Source of the DNA: Octopus sinensis
Taxonomy: Eukaryota
Length of the DNA: 64,000 nt
Reading direction: 5' to 3'
Assembly (NCBI RefSeq): GCF_006345805.1
Contig: NC_043014.1
Location: forward strand, 53,134,001 to 53,198,000
Part shown: piece after piece, positions 62,206 to 64,000 of the stretch
How positions within the stretch are numbered: position 1 is the stretch's first letter
Layout of the letters: every line of letters begins with the position of its first letter
The notes under the pieces: generated by a model
The model's database searches: none
Seen by the model: only the letters and a program-made list of their open reading frames with translations
What the model was told of the DNA's origin: nothing
Program-made: the position numbers and the translations under genes

Positions 62206-63437
62206 CAGTGGGTGGACAAAATACTGGAAACACCTAACATCATAATTTTGAAATATCTATAAAACCGTCAAAAGCTTCTTTATTTTTTATATTTTTTGAT
62301 TTATTATTAGCGTTGCTTAATAGGTTTTGCTAAAAATGCTGTTTCTTTTCAGATATCATCAGGAAAAGATAATTAAAATTCATTAAAATGACAGATCTAT
62401 CGGACTTTCAAAGTCGTCAAATTGTTGGTGCTCGTATGGCAGGCGCTAGCATAACGAAAACAACCATACTGTCTCGAAAGTAATGGCAGCCTTTAAAAAA
62501 GAGGGAAAAACATCCTCGTCGAAAAAAACTCCGGAAGAAAACCAACACTTTCAGATAGGGACCGTCAGACTCTTATGCGAATTGTTAGAAAGGATCACAA
62601 AAGTACAGCCCCCAAAATAACTGCAGAGCTTAATGACCACCTCGAGAACCCAGTTTCCACAAAAGCTCTTTGCCAGGAGCTGCACAAAGCCAGATTTCAT
62701 GGAAGGGCTGCAATCAGAAAACCACTACTTTCAAAAACAAACGTTGCAAAACGTTTAGAAAGGAGTAAAAACCTACAGAATTGGTCCCTAGAGCAGTAGA
62801 AGAATGTTATTTTCTCCGACGGGTCATCATTTACTGGTTGAGTATACGTGTGGAGACAGCCAAAAGAGGCATTTGACCCAGACTGCCTTCTTCCAACTGT
62901 TAAACATGTAGGAGGATCTGTGATGATCTGGCGGGGATATATCTTGGAAATCCGCCGGCCCAATGGTTTCCCTTGATGGCAGAGAATTAATAGTCAATAC
63001 TATTTAAGCATTTTATCTGATCAAATTCATCCTATGGTTGCGGAACTGTTTCCGGAGGGAAATGCAATCTTTCAGGATGAGAATGCACCAATTCACACAG
63101 CTAAAGTTGTTATTGAATGGCATGAGGAACATTCTAGTGAAGTTGAACATCTTATCTGGCCAGCACAGTCCCCAGATCTCAATATTACTGAACATTTAAG
63201 GTGCATTTTAGAAAAACAAGTAAGGAGTCCATATCGTCCACCATCATCACTACAAGAACTGGAGACTGTTTTAGCTGAAGAATGGACAAAACATTCCTTT
63301 GGAAACAATTCAAACTTTGTACGAGTCCATACCTCGTAGAATTCAAGCTGTAATTACTGCCAAAGGCAGTCCTACTCCATATTAAAATAAATTTGTTTGA
63401 AATTTTAAGGTGTTTCCGTTATTTTGTCTAACCCCTG
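62206..63437 (+). mobile_element. Near full-length Tc1-family transposon (1232 bp), inactive
   Basis: TA|CAGTGGGTGGACAAAATACTGGAAACACCT ... AGGTGTTTCCGTTATTTTGTCTAACCCCTG|TA TIRs with a TA TSD. Confidence 0.93.
62388..63385 (+). pseudogene. Tc1 transposase pseudogene (36 residues between 2nd and 3rd catalytic positions)
   Basis: MTDLSDFQSRQIVGARMAGAS..VRKDHKSTAPKITAELN..VIFSDGSSF..FQDENAPIH..SPDLNITEHL..PRRIQAVITAKGSPTPY*. There is a premature TAG at 62797-62799 and several frameshifts. Confidence 0.9.
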
Positions 63438-64000
63438 TATATACATATTGCACTCTCTGGTCGCATCGACAAACGCGAGTTGAGCAGGTCGCAGCTGCAA
63501 AGTGTTCTCCGTTCTATGTTCTATGTGTGGCCTCGCAGATGTTGCTGTTGTGGTCCCCATGGTTTTTGGGGCTAATCTAGAATCTACTCTCGGCTCTTGT
63601 CTCCCCCAGGGCATTGATTCTGGTTGCCTCAGAGAATATTAACGAAGTATATAGTTATAATAACCATTCAGACTTTCCTGTTTTTCCATGAGAATCTTGG
63701 CGCCAAACCCCACCCCGGGTACGAAGCGAGGTTATAACTTATAACTTAGCTGTCGATCGAACAGCAAACAACATGGACATGGTTACCGGGATACAAGATC
63801 ATTCTTGGATAATTCCTGCAACAATCTGTTTTTCCATCAGATGAAGCTGTTGTTTCCACATTCAAGTATTTTGTGTTTCTGGAGAAAGTCACGTGGTGAG
63901 TGGTTCACCATGATTTCAGGATTCAATGCAGACAATTCAGAGATCGATAGATAGACAGGCAGAACAGATCGATCGATCGATAGAGAGAGAGAGAGAGAAT

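Overview
Eukaryotic, non-genic or intronic DNA. The microsatellite density and the SINE/LINE repertoire look like an Octopus (coleoid cephalopod) genome; this is recalled resemblance, not a database result. The one confidently identified gene is a U1 snRNA (3241-3404, +). It has an intact 5' splice-site-pairing end and compensated stems but non-canonical U1-70K-loop and Sm-site sequences. An ~11.3 kb satellite of a 21-bp, 19/21-pyrimidine unit (35366-46643) dominates the window and explains all the giant ORFs in the track. The rest is decayed mobile DNA: Tx1/L1, RTE, R4/Dong and Penelope retroelements, two tRNA-derived SINE families, and Tc1 (36-residue D-E spacing), mariner, maT-like, Merlin-like, pogo-like, Helitron and foldback/MITE elements. 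Microsatellites, short minisatellites and a 100-N scaffold gap fill the remainder. No intact protein-coding gene could be identified, only a few splice-site-bounded exon candidates. I do not see a demonstrably new biological system. The best leads are the variant U1 locus, the purine/pyrimidine satellite, a near-perfect 266-bp foldback, and a Tc1 lineage with shared lesions. Coordinates of decayed elements are approximate.
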